From: Verrucomicrobiota bacterium
GTDB taxonomy: Bacteria; Verrucomicrobiota; Verrucomicrobiia; Limisphaerales; Palsa-1400
Length of the DNA stretch: 52,285 bases
Assembly: GCA_049510745.1 (NCBI GenBank)
Contig: JBEKYR010000039.1
Location: forward strand, 1-52,285
Reading direction: 5' to 3'
Below, one piece after another: positions 8,400-16,728 of the stretch. The notes below the pieces were generated by a model. The model was not told where the DNA came from. It searched no databases and worked only from the letters and a program-made list of their open reading frames with translations. Position 1 is the first letter of the stretch, and the number at the start of each line of letters is the position of its first letter. A program made the translations under genes and the position numbers.

Positions 8400-8894
8400 T
8401 TACAGGTGAAATAGTTTTCGGACGAATTTTTGCATCCCGGCTGTTACATGGCCGACAAGAGCGAAAGAATATAAAATGCGCTTTTCAGGGTGGTGTTCGA
8501 GGAAAGCCTTTAGGTCGTCCTTGGTTCCGACGAGTGGGAAGGCCGTCATTGCCCAAAGATCAGCGTGCCATGCTTCACCGCATTTTCGACGCAGCACTCG
8601 TCTGGTCTTGTAGGTGGCTTCACCCAAAATTTCATTTTCATACGGGCGATTGATGAACCAAGGCATACGGAGCGGACGGGGATTTTTGAATTGGGGCGTG
8701 AAATGGCTGATCTCACGCAGGAACGTAAAAATCACGTCATGTTGCGGCTGATCGAGAGGAATGACGGCGACGGGTGGTTCGGAATGCTGGCAGCCACAAA
8801 ACAACAGCAGCGTGTCCTTGGGAGTTTCGATTGTCACCCCGACCTCTGCGGCCAGGGCCACCAGTTTCTTTTGGATTTCGGCGTTCATGTTCAA
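8400..8894 (-). CDS. ImmA/IrrE-like metallopeptidase-fold protein with degenerate active site
   Basis: FTFLREISHF where HExxH is expected; downstream EAWHADLWA; coupled to the XRE repressor. Confidence 0.55.
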   Translation of the reverse strand: MNMNAEIQKKLVALAAEVGVTIETPKDTLLLFCGCQHSEPPVAVIPLDQPQHDVIFTFLREISHFTPQFKNPRPLRMPWFINRPYENEILGEATYKTRRVLRRKCGEAWHADLWAMTAFPLVGTKDDLKAFLEHHPEKRILYSFALVGHVTAGMQKFVRKLFHL

Positions 8895-9268
8895 TTTGGT
8901 TGATGTTTTTTGGCGAATCCATCCGCCACGCTCAAGATGATCGCTATTTCATCATCTGTAAGCGAGGCCAAGGAACGCATCAAAACACGTCCCTGCTCCT
9001 TTTTAAGCACCTTGTTTACCACTGCATCGTGGCGTTCGGCGGCATCAAAAAGCTGGCCGCGCGGCTGGATGTCCAAGACATCTTCGAGCCGGACAAGGAT
9101 TGTGTCCGCTGGAACCCCACGAACCCCGTGCAGAAGCCTGGAAAGGTAAGCCGGTGAAATGTCAGCCTTGAAAGCGACCTCCGCCTTGGTCAGCCCTGAG
9201 CCGCGAATGGCTTGGGCCAGCAGGCGGATGAACTCCGGCGGGGCGGATGTTGGCTGTTGCTTTAGCAT
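8891..9268 (-). CDS. XRE-family HTH repressor (ImmR/CI-like)
   Basis: GLTKAEVAFKADISPAYLSRLLHG...P HTH. Confidence 0.9.
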   Translation of the reverse strand: MLKQQPTSAPPEFIRLLAQAIRGSGLTKAEVAFKADISPAYLSRLLHGVRGVPADTILVRLEDVLDIQPRGQLFDAAERHDAVVNKVLKKEQGRVLMRSLASLTDDEIAIILSVADGFAKKHQPN

Positions 9269-9411
9269 CGGCTTGAATTTATCACATTTGCACTGCGAGT
9301 CAAAGAAAAAATGATAAACAGATGTAACATGTTGATAATCAACGATAAAGTTTTGCAGTTTGTATTTGCCCTCTCAGGTCAATTATGAGATTTTAAACGA
9401 GAAGGTATACG

Positions 9412-9621
9412 ATGAAGAACTCGGTTAAAGAATTTCGCCAACGCAAGGGCGTGTCAAAATCACACCTTGCACGGAAGATCGACGTGTGTCCCTCTTACGT
9501 CACAAAACTTGAGAATAATGATATTCAACCGAGCGGCGAGGTGATGTTCCGTTTGGCAAATTATTTCAAGTGCCGGATTGAAGATGTGTTTCAACCCGAA
9601 ATGGCAGGCGGCAGGAAATGA
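9412..9621 (+). CDS. Small XRE/Cro-like HTH regulator
   Basis: MKNSVKEFRQRKGVSKSHLA...YVTKLENNDIQPS...LANYF...IEDVF; divergent from the repressor; GAAGG RBS. Confidence 0.9.
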   Translation: MKNSVKEFRQRKGVSKSHLARKIDVCPSYVTKLENNDIQPSGEVMFRLANYFKCRIEDVFQPEMAGGRK

Positions 9622-9773
9622 TTTTTGAATGAAAAAATTGCCTATGTGTCAATTCATGTTCAAGTGGCGAAGCGAGCGCAACGCACTCGCCAATGCAATT
9701 TCCCCGTTGTGCCTCCGTCGGCAACAGGGAAAGAACAGAACAAGGCGGAAATAAATGGAAAGGTTAAATAAGT

Positions 9774-10040
9774 ATGCAAATTAAAGTGCTGGTCATTGAC
9801 AAGGTGTCGGAAACTTTCGACACAAAGAAAGGGTCCAAGACGCTCCATCTGCTGGTGTGCCAGGATCAATCCCGTCCGCCCCTTCGGAATTCGTTCGATT
9901 ACGAAATGACGGCGGACGAGCTGACCAAACACGGCGCGTCGCTGGTGGACAAGACCGTCGAACTGAACATCCGGGACATGAGCCAGAATTTCTCTGGGCG
10001 CATTCGGATGTCGGGAGCCATCATGCGGGTCGTTGCGTAA
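9774..10040 (+). CDS. Small beta-rich protein, candidate ssDNA-binding protein (gene V-like)
   Basis: 88 aa, alternating hydrophobic strands, basic hairpin FDTKKGSK; TAATG-coupled to Rep. Function inferred from size and context. Confidence 0.55.
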   Translation: MQIKVLVIDKVSETFDTKKGSKTLHLLVCQDQSRPPLRNSFDYEMTADELTKHGASLVDKTVELNIRDMSQNFSGRIRMSGAIMRVVA

Positions 10041-10540
10041 TGGAAACGGCGCTGACATACACGCTGCAACGCGTTCACTGGCAGTTCTTTGGCACCCTGT
10101 CATTTAAGAGTGCCAGGCTGCCGGAACGCGTGCGGCTGGCGATGTTTTTTGCCCTCGTCCGCTGCCTGTGCCGCTGGCACAAAGTGCTGTTTCGCAAGTG
10201 CGTCTGGGCTTTGCGCCAGGAGCCGGGGGAAATCGGCGGACGACTTCACTTTCATTTCCTGATCGCGGGTTTGCCGCGGTATGCCGTCCAGGTCGCCACG
10301 TGTATGAGTATCAAGGCGCAGTGGGAAGTACTCGGTGGCGGCATGGCTCGCGTCAGGGAATACGATTCGAGAAAACAAGGTCTCGCATACACGTTAAAAT
10401 GTCTCAACGTCACGAATGGGGGAGCGAATCTCTATGAAGTGGGGAAGTTTTCGCATTCGACGGATGAGGTGATGTTGGCGAATGCAATCTGGGACCGGGC
10501 TAATACTGCACGGGTTTCGGATACCCTTGGCACTGCCTAG
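10040..10540 (+). CDS. HUH-endonuclease rolling-circle replication initiator (minimal, 166 aa)
   Basis: Motif I FGTLSF, motif II E....GRLHFHFLI, motif III AYTLK; ATG overlaps the upstream stop. Confidence 0.82.
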   Translation: METALTYTLQRVHWQFFGTLSFKSARLPERVRLAMFFALVRCLCRWHKVLFRKCVWALRQEPGEIGGRLHFHFLIAGLPRYAVQVATCMSIKAQWEVLGGGMARVREYDSRKQGLAYTLKCLNVTNGGANLYEVGKFSHSTDEVMLANAIWDRANTARVSDTLGTA

Positions 10541-10582
10541 TCGAACGCTCGGCGGCGGTGGATTCGTCAACCGATTCGGGTA

Positions 10583-10617
10583 GGGGGTGGGCGCGCGCGG
10601 AGCGCGCGCCTGCCCCC
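10583..10617. repeat. 16-bp GC-rich hairpin with GGA triloop just downstream of rep
   Basis: GGGGGTGGGCGCGCGC-GGA-GCGCGCGCCTGCCCCC; 14 Watson-Crick + 2 G-T pairs. Confidence 0.85.
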
Positions 10618-10711
10618 TGCCCGATGGCTTGAAGAGGAACTCTGTACGGGGCTTGGGCTTGGTGAGATGGTAAACCCGCCCGGCATGTTTCGGCGGGTGC
10701 AAGAGGTTGGT

Positions 10712-11065
10712 ATGACTGACGAGCTAATGAAAGCGGCGGTTGCGACTTGGGCAACGAAGGATTTGCCCGCGCGACTGGATGTGACAACGACAGCGAAGCT
10801 GCTCGGCTTCGCGGAGCATGACATTCAGGTTCTGATGTCGTCGGGGAAGTTGGTGCCGCTCGGCGATCCCGCTCCCAACGCGCCCAAATGGTTTGCGGCC
10901 GTCGAGGTCATTCGTCTTGCCACGGACCCGGATTGGTTGCACAAGGCAACCAGGGAGATTTCCAAATACTGGCGGCACAAGCGAGAGCGTCGCCAATCAG
11001 GGGATACGAGATCGCATTTAGTATGCGCTCATGGTGGGGTGGTTGTTAATCACAGCTTGCCGTGA
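10712..11065 (+). CDS. Excisionase-like winged-helix DNA-binding protein
   Basis: LDVTTTAKLLGFAEHDIQVLMSSGKLVP...KWF pattern of Xis/MerR-like HTH; GAGG RBS. Confidence 0.6.
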   Translation: MTDELMKAAVATWATKDLPARLDVTTTAKLLGFAEHDIQVLMSSGKLVPLGDPAPNAPKWFAAVEVIRLATDPDWLHKATREISKYWRHKRERRQSGDTRSHLVCAHGGVVVNHSLP

Positions 11066-11090
11066 AAATGTCAGTTGGCATACTACAATT

Positions 11091-11417
11091 ATGACGCAAT
11101 CCGAATTATCAAAGATGGACCCTGGCAGAAGGGCGGCATGGCTGGACAGCGTATCTCCCACAAGCAGTTGGTCTCTTGGGGATGACGTATTCTGCTTGCA
11201 CTGCGATGCAGTTTTCAAAGCTGAGGACGTGGCTTGCGACCATGAAGGTGACCCAACCTGCCCGGTGTGCAAGTCTAGCACGCCTCTGGATTTTCACCAT
11301 ATTCCTTGGTGGAGGGGCGACCTGGTTGGTGAGGATTTTGAAAGAGGCGGATACTGGAAAGGCACTCCGATTACGGCGGTCTCTGGTAAGCCAGGTCAAC
11401 TGCCTGCGGAGCGTTAG
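11091..11417 (+). CDS. Zn-ribbon hypothetical protein
   Basis: CLHC...CPVC. Confidence 0.65.
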   Translation: MTQSELSKMDPGRRAAWLDSVSPTSSWSLGDDVFCLHCDAVFKAEDVACDHEGDPTCPVCKSSTPLDFHHIPWWRGDLVGEDFERGGYWKGTPITAVSGKPGQLPAER

Positions 11418-11459
11418 AATAGGTTTGCTGCAAAAGGCCGACCGTTGACACCGTAGGCC

Positions 11460-11498
11460 CCGGCAGGATGTGGCCGGATTAGAATCGCCTCCTGCCGG
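11460..11498. terminator. Hairpin between convergent genes
   Basis: CCGGCAGGA...TCCTGCCGG; no U-tract. Confidence 0.35.
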
Positions 11499-11510
11499 AA
11501 CCCGGGCTAT

Positions 11511-11657
11511 TTACTTGCCTCCGGGAGGATTGTTCCCTCTTCCTCCGCCGGATGGATTGCCGGTTGTGCTCGGCCAGTTTCCACCGCTGCCTTTGCCCCC
11601 GCCCTTGCTTCCACCGCCGCCCTTACCGCCTCCATTCTTGGATTTACGTTGAATCAT
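11511..11657 (-). CDS. 48-aa Gly/Lys-rich microprotein
   Basis: AAAGGA RBS; MIQRKSKNGGGKGGGGSKGGGKGSGGNWPSTTGNPSGGGRGNNPPGGK. Confidence 0.6.
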   Translation of the reverse strand: MIQRKSKNGGGKGGGGSKGGGKGSGGNWPSTTGNPSGGGRGNNPPGGK

Positions 11658-11953
11658 AACGTTTCCTTTCTTTCTTAGCTTGGGGGTCACTTTGACTCCC
11701 TTGGGCCAATACGGGGCGGTTTGCAGAATCTTGCTTTTGCCTCCTGCCGGCGCCAGACATCCCACCGTTCAGACATTCGTCTTGACACTAAAGTTTCACC
11801 TAATTCTTCACCTGGCGAGCAATTCGGAGGCAATAACAGGGCAGTGCGTAGCGGTGAAAGAACGAACAAAAAAACGCTTGACTCCCCTATGAAAACAGCC
11901 TAGATTAAGCCTTGAAACAGAGTGTGTTAGGCTCGGAACGGTAAAGCTACCGC

Positions 11954-11978
11954 GTTCGATTTCGACCCCCGCTTCCCA
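11954..11978 (+). other. Degenerate tRNA 3'-end-like sequence, candidate attR
   Basis: GTTCGATTTCGACCCCCGCTTCCCA resembles T-loop + acceptor stem + CCA of initiator-Met-like tRNAs; sits at the composition break. Confidence 0.45.
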
Positions 11979-12026
11979 CTGTTATTGCTGGCCCGGCAAG
12001 GAGCCGCTTCCTTCCGAGTCTTCGGT

Positions 12027-12491
12027 TCAAGCGGACGGACCAAGTTTTGCCAATCGGAAAAATAAACTCCCCTTTGGCGGACTGATGATGACGCTCCTGG
12101 TCGTTCCGTCGTCCGAAACCGTGATGCTGCTGTTCGACCAATTGGTCGTGCTGAGGTCTGAATTCTGCTGCAATCCCCAGCCGGCGGAAGCCGACGGCCA
12201 GGAAATCTTCACGGTTGTCGGGTCAATCAGTTGGACGGCCAGGGACGGCGCGCCGGGAGTTTGCACGGCAGCGATCAGGCTCCAAAAACCGCTCGTGAGT
12301 GAATAGTTGCCGCCCGTCAGCGGCCCGCCGGCGTCGTGCCGGCCGATGGTGCCGCTGACGGAATAGACGCCGCTCGTGCAGGCGCCGCCGCCGCCGCCAA
12401 TCGTCCACCAGTTGATCGAGTACTGCCCCTGAACGGTGAGCGCGGACAGAGCCAGAAGGAGCAGCAGGCCCAGCTTGATCTTGGGTTTCAT
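12027..12491 (-). CDS. Secreted partner protein with C-terminal ...FFRL domain
   Basis: Signal peptide; YSINWWTIGGGGG...YSVSGTIG..DAG...GFW domain; TAATG-coupled to the upstream fibre gene. Confidence 0.85.
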   Translation of the reverse strand: MKPKIKLGLLLLLALSALTVQGQYSINWWTIGGGGGACTSGVYSVSGTIGRHDAGGPLTGGNYSLTSGFWSLIAAVQTPGAPSLAVQLIDPTTVKISWPSASAGWGLQQNSDLSTTNWSNSSITVSDDGTTRSVIISPPKGSLFFRLAKLGPSA

Positions 12492-15400
12492 TATTGGCCT
12501 CCAGTCGAGTTGGATTTGACGAGTTGTTCCAAGGCCGCCAGGCGCCGCTCGAGGTCCGCGATTTGAGTGTCCTTCTGCTTGACGGTTTCTTCGAGTTTTT
12601 TGTTCAGCCCCTGGATGGCGGCCAGGGCGACCCCGTGCAGGTCGGTGTCGTTGAGCATGGTCTCGGTGTCGTTGAGGGGGAAGAGGGCGTGGAAGTCCTG
12701 GGCCATGGGGCCGATGTGGCGTTGCGGATAGCCCTGGTAACTCCACTCGCTCAGGGCCAGGGAGGAGAGTTTCTCGAGGATTTCCTCGCCGTCCACCGGG
12801 GTGAAGTTCTCCTTGGTGTTGCGATCGCTGGTAAAGCTCCACGAGCTGTTGCCGGGCGCCCAGGAAACCGTCTGGTTCGCAGTAAGGGCGCCGCTGGTGA
12901 AGCGGACGCCGCCCACGCAGCGGAAGCTCACCTGGTTGTTGGCTGTCGAGGCAAAAGCCCCGGCCTGCGAGTCCGCCCAGACAAAAGCGCCGTTGTTGAC
13001 GGCCTGCGCCTGACTTCCGGCGGCAAAACTGCCGGCGCCAGCCGCAAGGTTGAGCGAGCCGCCGGGGATCACCGAGTTGTCGCCGGAGGCGATGTTCTGC
13101 TGGCCGCCACCGACCGCGGAGTATTGGCCGCCGGCGGTGTTGACGTAGCCGCCCGCAACGGTGGCGGCATAGTTGGTGGCGGCATCGTTCACGCCACCGC
13201 TCACGGTGCTATATTGGTTGGCCGTGCTGTTCATTTCCCCGCCGGCAATCGTGGACCCCTCCGCGCCGTCGGCGTTGTGACTTCCCCCTCCGATGACGGC
13301 ATAGGGGGCGTTGCTGCCGACCGTGTTCATGTAGCCGCCGGCGATGGTGGCGGCGTAAGTGTTGGACCTGATGGTGTTGAAACTGCCGCCCGCGATCGTA
13401 CAGTTTTGCGAGTTGGTATCGATCCGGTGGCCTGAACCGCCACCGATGGCGCCCTCGTCGGAGTTGACCATATTGGTATAGCCGATTTCTCCGCCGCCGG
13501 CAATCGTTGCGCCGTGGACGCCGGCCAGGACGCTGTTGTACTTGAAACCACCGATGACGTTGGCTGCGTTGGTGTTCGGCTCCAGCCGGAAGGCACGGCG
13601 ATTGTTCACCCAGAGTTCAAGCGGATTGTTGTCCGTCGTGCCGAGGAAGTTGGCGGGCGTCGTCGTGCCGGCATTTCCTGTGAGGCTCCAGCCACCGCCG
13701 CCCCCGCCACCCGCGGCGAGGGTGAGGGTGTTGCCATTCGTGGTGAGGGTGATATTGGCGCCGGCGGCGAGGACGATGTCATCGGTCAGGCCATTGAGGG
13801 TCTTGACGACGGCTCCGCTGGCGATGGAACCGGCGGTGATGCCAGAGAGGGCTGATCCATCACCGGCGAACGCGGACGCAAGGACCTGGCCATCGCTTGT
13901 TATTCCCATTTTTTGGCCGGCGCCGACCATCCAGAAGCCAAGGGACCCAGTTGGCCCCGGCTGAACGGCGATGTCCCACCCCGCCGCGCCGGTCGCCGCC
14001 AGACGCAAGCGGACCGCATCGTCACCATTCTGCTGCTCGAACAGGGCCTGCGGGTTGTTCCAACTGCCGGTAGAGCCCACGTGCAGCGCCGCGGCAGGGG
14101 AAGTCGTCCCGATGCCGACACCGCCGGTGGCGCGCACCAGGAATTGGTTGCTGGCCGTCGAGCCAAACGGGCCGGGGGTCGAGTCCGCCCAGACGAAGGT
14201 GCCCGCCTGCATGGCGAGGGCGTTCTGGCCGGCGGCCAGGCTGCCGCTGCCACCGACGACGTTGTTGGCGCCACCGGGGATGACGGAGTAGTTGGCGCCA
14301 GCCATGATTTGATTGAGGCCGCCGCCGCCGATGGTCGCGGCCAGCGTGTTGGAATGGATGACGTTCTGGAAGCCCCCGCCCACGGCGGAGTCCATGGAGC
14401 CAGGCTCGATGACGTTGGCATTGCCGCCGGCGATGGTTGACATCGAGGCGCCAGTCTGGACGACGTTGAGATAGCCGCCGCCGATGGCCGCGTCCTGGGC
14501 GGAGTTGCCGACATTGTTGAATTCGCCGCCGGCGATGGTGCTGTGGGCGGCGCTGCTGCCAATGACGTTGGTGCTGCCGCCGGGGATGGTGGCCTCGTTG
14601 GCGTTGGCCATGATGAGGTTGCCCGTGCCCCCGCCAATGACGGCTTGAACGGCGTTGCTTTGAATCGTGTTCCAATCGCCGCCGGCGATGAGCGAGAAAG
14701 TGGCGTTGGGACCAAGCAGGTTGCCCGCGCCGCCCCCAATCACAGACCACCAGGCATTGGTCCCGATGATATTGCCGCCGCCGCCGTGGATGGCGGCATA
14801 CCAGGCCGTGTTCGAGATCGTGTTCTGGCCGCCGCCGCTGATGGTGGAATACCAGTTATTGCTCTGGATGGTGTTGTTGACGCCCCCGGCAATCGTCGAG
14901 TTCAGGTCGCCGAACTGGACGGCGTTGTTCTGGCCGCCGCTGATGGTGGAGTAACCGGACGAGGGGCCGATGGCGTTGGCGGCGCCGCCGCCGATGGTCG
15001 CGTAGTCAGAGCCTACGCCGTTGATGTTCCCGGCCTGGCCGCCGCCGCCAATGGCCGCGCCGGCCACGCCCGGAACCGCGATGTTGCCGCTGAAACCGGC
15101 GATGACATTGGGCGCATTGACGTTGTACTCCAGGCGCAAGCCGCCGGTGTTGTTGACGCGCAATTCCAGCGGCTGGTTGTTGAGGGTGCCGAGGAAGTTA
15201 CCAGGCCCGGCATTGTTGCCCTGGAGTTGCCAGAAATCCGCGGCGTGCAGGCCGTCCACGGTATTGGCATCGCCGCCGATGTCGCCCACGATCTTGCTGC
15301 CGGCCAGCGACGCGATCCAGGCCGGGTCGGTGTAAGAACCGTTGTCATAGACGCCGTGGGTCACCGTGGCGGCATTGCCGGTGATGCTGATGTTCGCCGT

Positions 15401-15829
15401 GCCCGGGCTCATCTGCGCGGCGGGCAGCGTGCCGGAAAGATTGCTCGCCGTGTTGGCGAAGATGGCATAGGGGGCGGGGGTCAACTGCTGGCGCGGGCTG
15501 AGCGTGCTGAAAGCGCCCGGGCCGCTGGTGCGCACGGCGATCTCCAGCCAGCGCGCGTTGCCGTCGAACTGGTTGCCAAAATCCATCGTGACGACGAAGT
15601 AACCGTTGCTCACGGCCACGGCGTTCGTGGCGAACGTGGCGCCTTGTTGCGCGCCGCCGCTGGCGGCGTTCCACAGGGCGAAGGAGAAATCATAAACGCC
15701 GTTGGCGGCGTTGCCGCCGCTGGCCAGTTCGCCCTGGTAGGTGAAGGCCGTTTCCTGGCCGAAGGCGGGGAGTTGAGGCGTCAATAGCAGAACGAGCGCG
15801 AGCAGCGTCCGCGTGATTGTTGTTTTCAT
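12491..15829 (-). CDS. Secreted fibre-like protein with GGxxN repeats and C-terminal peptidase S74 intramolecular chaperone
   Basis: GAAGGAGA RBS, signal peptide; many (S/A)TIxGGxxN repeats; SDRNTKEN...HIGPMAQDF...LAAIQGL + coiled coil. Confidence 0.88.
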   Translation of the reverse strand: MKTTITRTLLALVLLLTPQLPAFGQETAFTYQGELASGGNAANGVYDFSFALWNAASGGAQQGATFATNAVAVSNGYFVVTMDFGNQFDGNARWLEIAVRTSGPGAFSTLSPRQQLTPAPYAIFANTASNLSGTLPAAQMSPGTANISITGNAATVTHGVYDNGSYTDPAWIASLAGSKIVGDIGGDANTVDGLHAADFWQLQGNNAGPGNFLGTLNNQPLELRVNNTGGLRLEYNVNAPNVIAGFSGNIAVPGVAGAAIGGGGQAGNINGVGSDYATIGGGAANAIGPSSGYSTISGGQNNAVQFGDLNSTIAGGVNNTIQSNNWYSTISGGGQNTISNTAWYAAIHGGGGNIIGTNAWWSVIGGGAGNLLGPNATFSLIAGGDWNTIQSNAVQAVIGGGTGNLIMANANEATIPGGSTNVIGSSAAHSTIAGGEFNNVGNSAQDAAIGGGYLNVVQTGASMSTIAGGNANVIEPGSMDSAVGGGFQNVIHSNTLAATIGGGGLNQIMAGANYSVIPGGANNVVGGSGSLAAGQNALAMQAGTFVWADSTPGPFGSTASNQFLVRATGGVGIGTTSPAAALHVGSTGSWNNPQALFEQQNGDDAVRLRLAATGAAGWDIAVQPGPTGSLGFWMVGAGQKMGITSDGQVLASAFAGDGSALSGITAGSIASGAVVKTLNGLTDDIVLAAGANITLTTNGNTLTLAAGGGGGGGWSLTGNAGTTTPANFLGTTDNNPLELWVNNRRAFRLEPNTNAANVIGGFKYNSVLAGVHGATIAGGGEIGYTNMVNSDEGAIGGGSGHRIDTNSQNCTIAGGSFNTIRSNTYAATIAGGYMNTVGSNAPYAVIGGGSHNADGAEGSTIAGGEMNSTANQYSTVSGGVNDAATNYAATVAGGYVNTAGGQYSAVGGGQQNIASGDNSVIPGGSLNLAAGAGSFAAGSQAQAVNNGAFVWADSQAGAFASTANNQVSFRCVGGVRFTSGALTANQTVSWAPGNSSWSFTSDRNTKENFTPVDGEEILEKLSSLALSEWSYQGYPQRHIGPMAQDFHALFPLNDTETMLNDTDLHGVALAAIQGLNKKLEETVKQKDTQIADLERRLAALEQLVKSNSTGGQ

Positions 15830-16005
15830 TTGTTGGTCTCCTTCGTGATTGGTTGGGTTCTCGATCACTTTCATTGGGCCGGCGCGGTTGTCATTCCAGG
15901 CTCTTCGCCGCAGGGGGGACGCGGAGTTTGGAAGCGCCGTTTCCCAACGCCGGCGTCCTAAGCCCCCAGTTGGAAATTATGATCGAAACGGATTCGCTTG
16001 AAAAG

Positions 16006-16035
16006 TCGGCTGTTCAGGGACAGCCGAAAAGCCGA
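16006..16035. promoter_or_regulatory. Palindrome/repeat of ACAGCCGA: terminator of the LuxR gene or an operator
   Basis: TCGGCTGTT-CAGG-GACAGCCGA plus AAAAGCCGA; AACAGCCGA recurs at 16482-16490. Confidence 0.4.
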
Positions 16036-16037
16036 CC

Positions 16038-16454
16038 TCAAAGGGGCACGCCTCTGAAGCCTGATCGCGGCTTGCGACGCAGAAACGGACAGCGGCCGTT
16101 CTCCTGTTTAGGGCAAATGGGCGGCAGCAAACTGCCTTCCGCGCGGGTGAGGAACAGCAATTGTTCCATGACGCGCAGGACCAATTGCGCGCGGGTCGTG
16201 GCTTGAAGTTTCAGAAACACACGATTCATGTGGGAATGAATCGTGTGCGGCGAGACGCGCAGGTTGGCGGCCAGGGCCGATTCGGTGAGGTTGTCGAACA
16301 CGCCCCGGACGACCTCCAGCTCGCGCGGCGACAACCGCAGGGCCCCGCCAATTTGGCGCCAGGCAAGGCTGCCGATCAAGGCAGCACCCGCAGCCCGCGC
16401 GCGTTGTCCGACTCCGCGCGACCGGACGAGTTCGGATGAAGCCGCCCTGTTCAT
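16038..16454 (-). CDS. LuxR-type HTH regulator (no receiver domain)
   Basis: LSPRELEVV...LAANLRVSPHTIHSHMNRVFLKL...R.QLV. Confidence 0.85.
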   Translation of the reverse strand: MNRAASSELVRSRGVGQRARAAGAALIGSLAWRQIGGALRLSPRELEVVRGVFDNLTESALAANLRVSPHTIHSHMNRVFLKLQATTRAQLVLRVMEQLLFLTRAEGSLLPPICPKQENGRCPFLRRKPRSGFRGVPL

Positions 16455-16728
16455 CGCTTTCGGTTGAAAAAATCATCCGTCAACAGCCGAAGAAATCAGG
16501 ATCAACAAAGACTCGAGCCGGAGGCAGAACCAAGGCGCTCGGCGTGTCTCACGGACAACACTCTCAACACGCAGATGATAACCAGGCCCGGCCCCGGATG
16601 CAAGCATCAGTTGCGGCGATGTTTGGAGAAGGCGGATGCGTTTGGTCTGGTGTTTTCGGGTTTTCCCGGGCATAGCTCTTGAGATTGTCGAATGGCTTGA
16701 AACCTGGCTCTGAACTTCTGTTGGTCCC

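Larger units (their letters stand above)
1..11980. mobile_element. Integrated element / genomic island (right part; left end outside window) with a rolling-circle replication module
   Basis: Visibly lower GC than DNA after ~12 kb; XRE/Cro switch, HUH Rep, SSB-like, Xis-like and defence-like cargo; tRNA-3'-like remnant at 11954-11978. No integrase seen in the window. Confidence 0.7.

Noticed and set aside
9857..10039. N-terminal extension of Rep in the ORF track
   Set aside because: Overlaps the SSB-like gene; the TAATG coupling at 10038-10042 gives a better start.
8891..11417. Complete inovirus prophage
   Set aside because: No Zot/pI ATPase or small hydrophobic coat genes follow the replication module in this window.
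11954..11978. Functional tRNA gene
   Set aside because: No D-arm, anticodon arm or 5' acceptor strand upstream; only a 3'-end-like fragment.
12491..15829. Prophage tail-fibre gene
   Set aside because: Has a signal peptide and host-like codon usage, lies outside the island boundary and has no phage structural neighbours.
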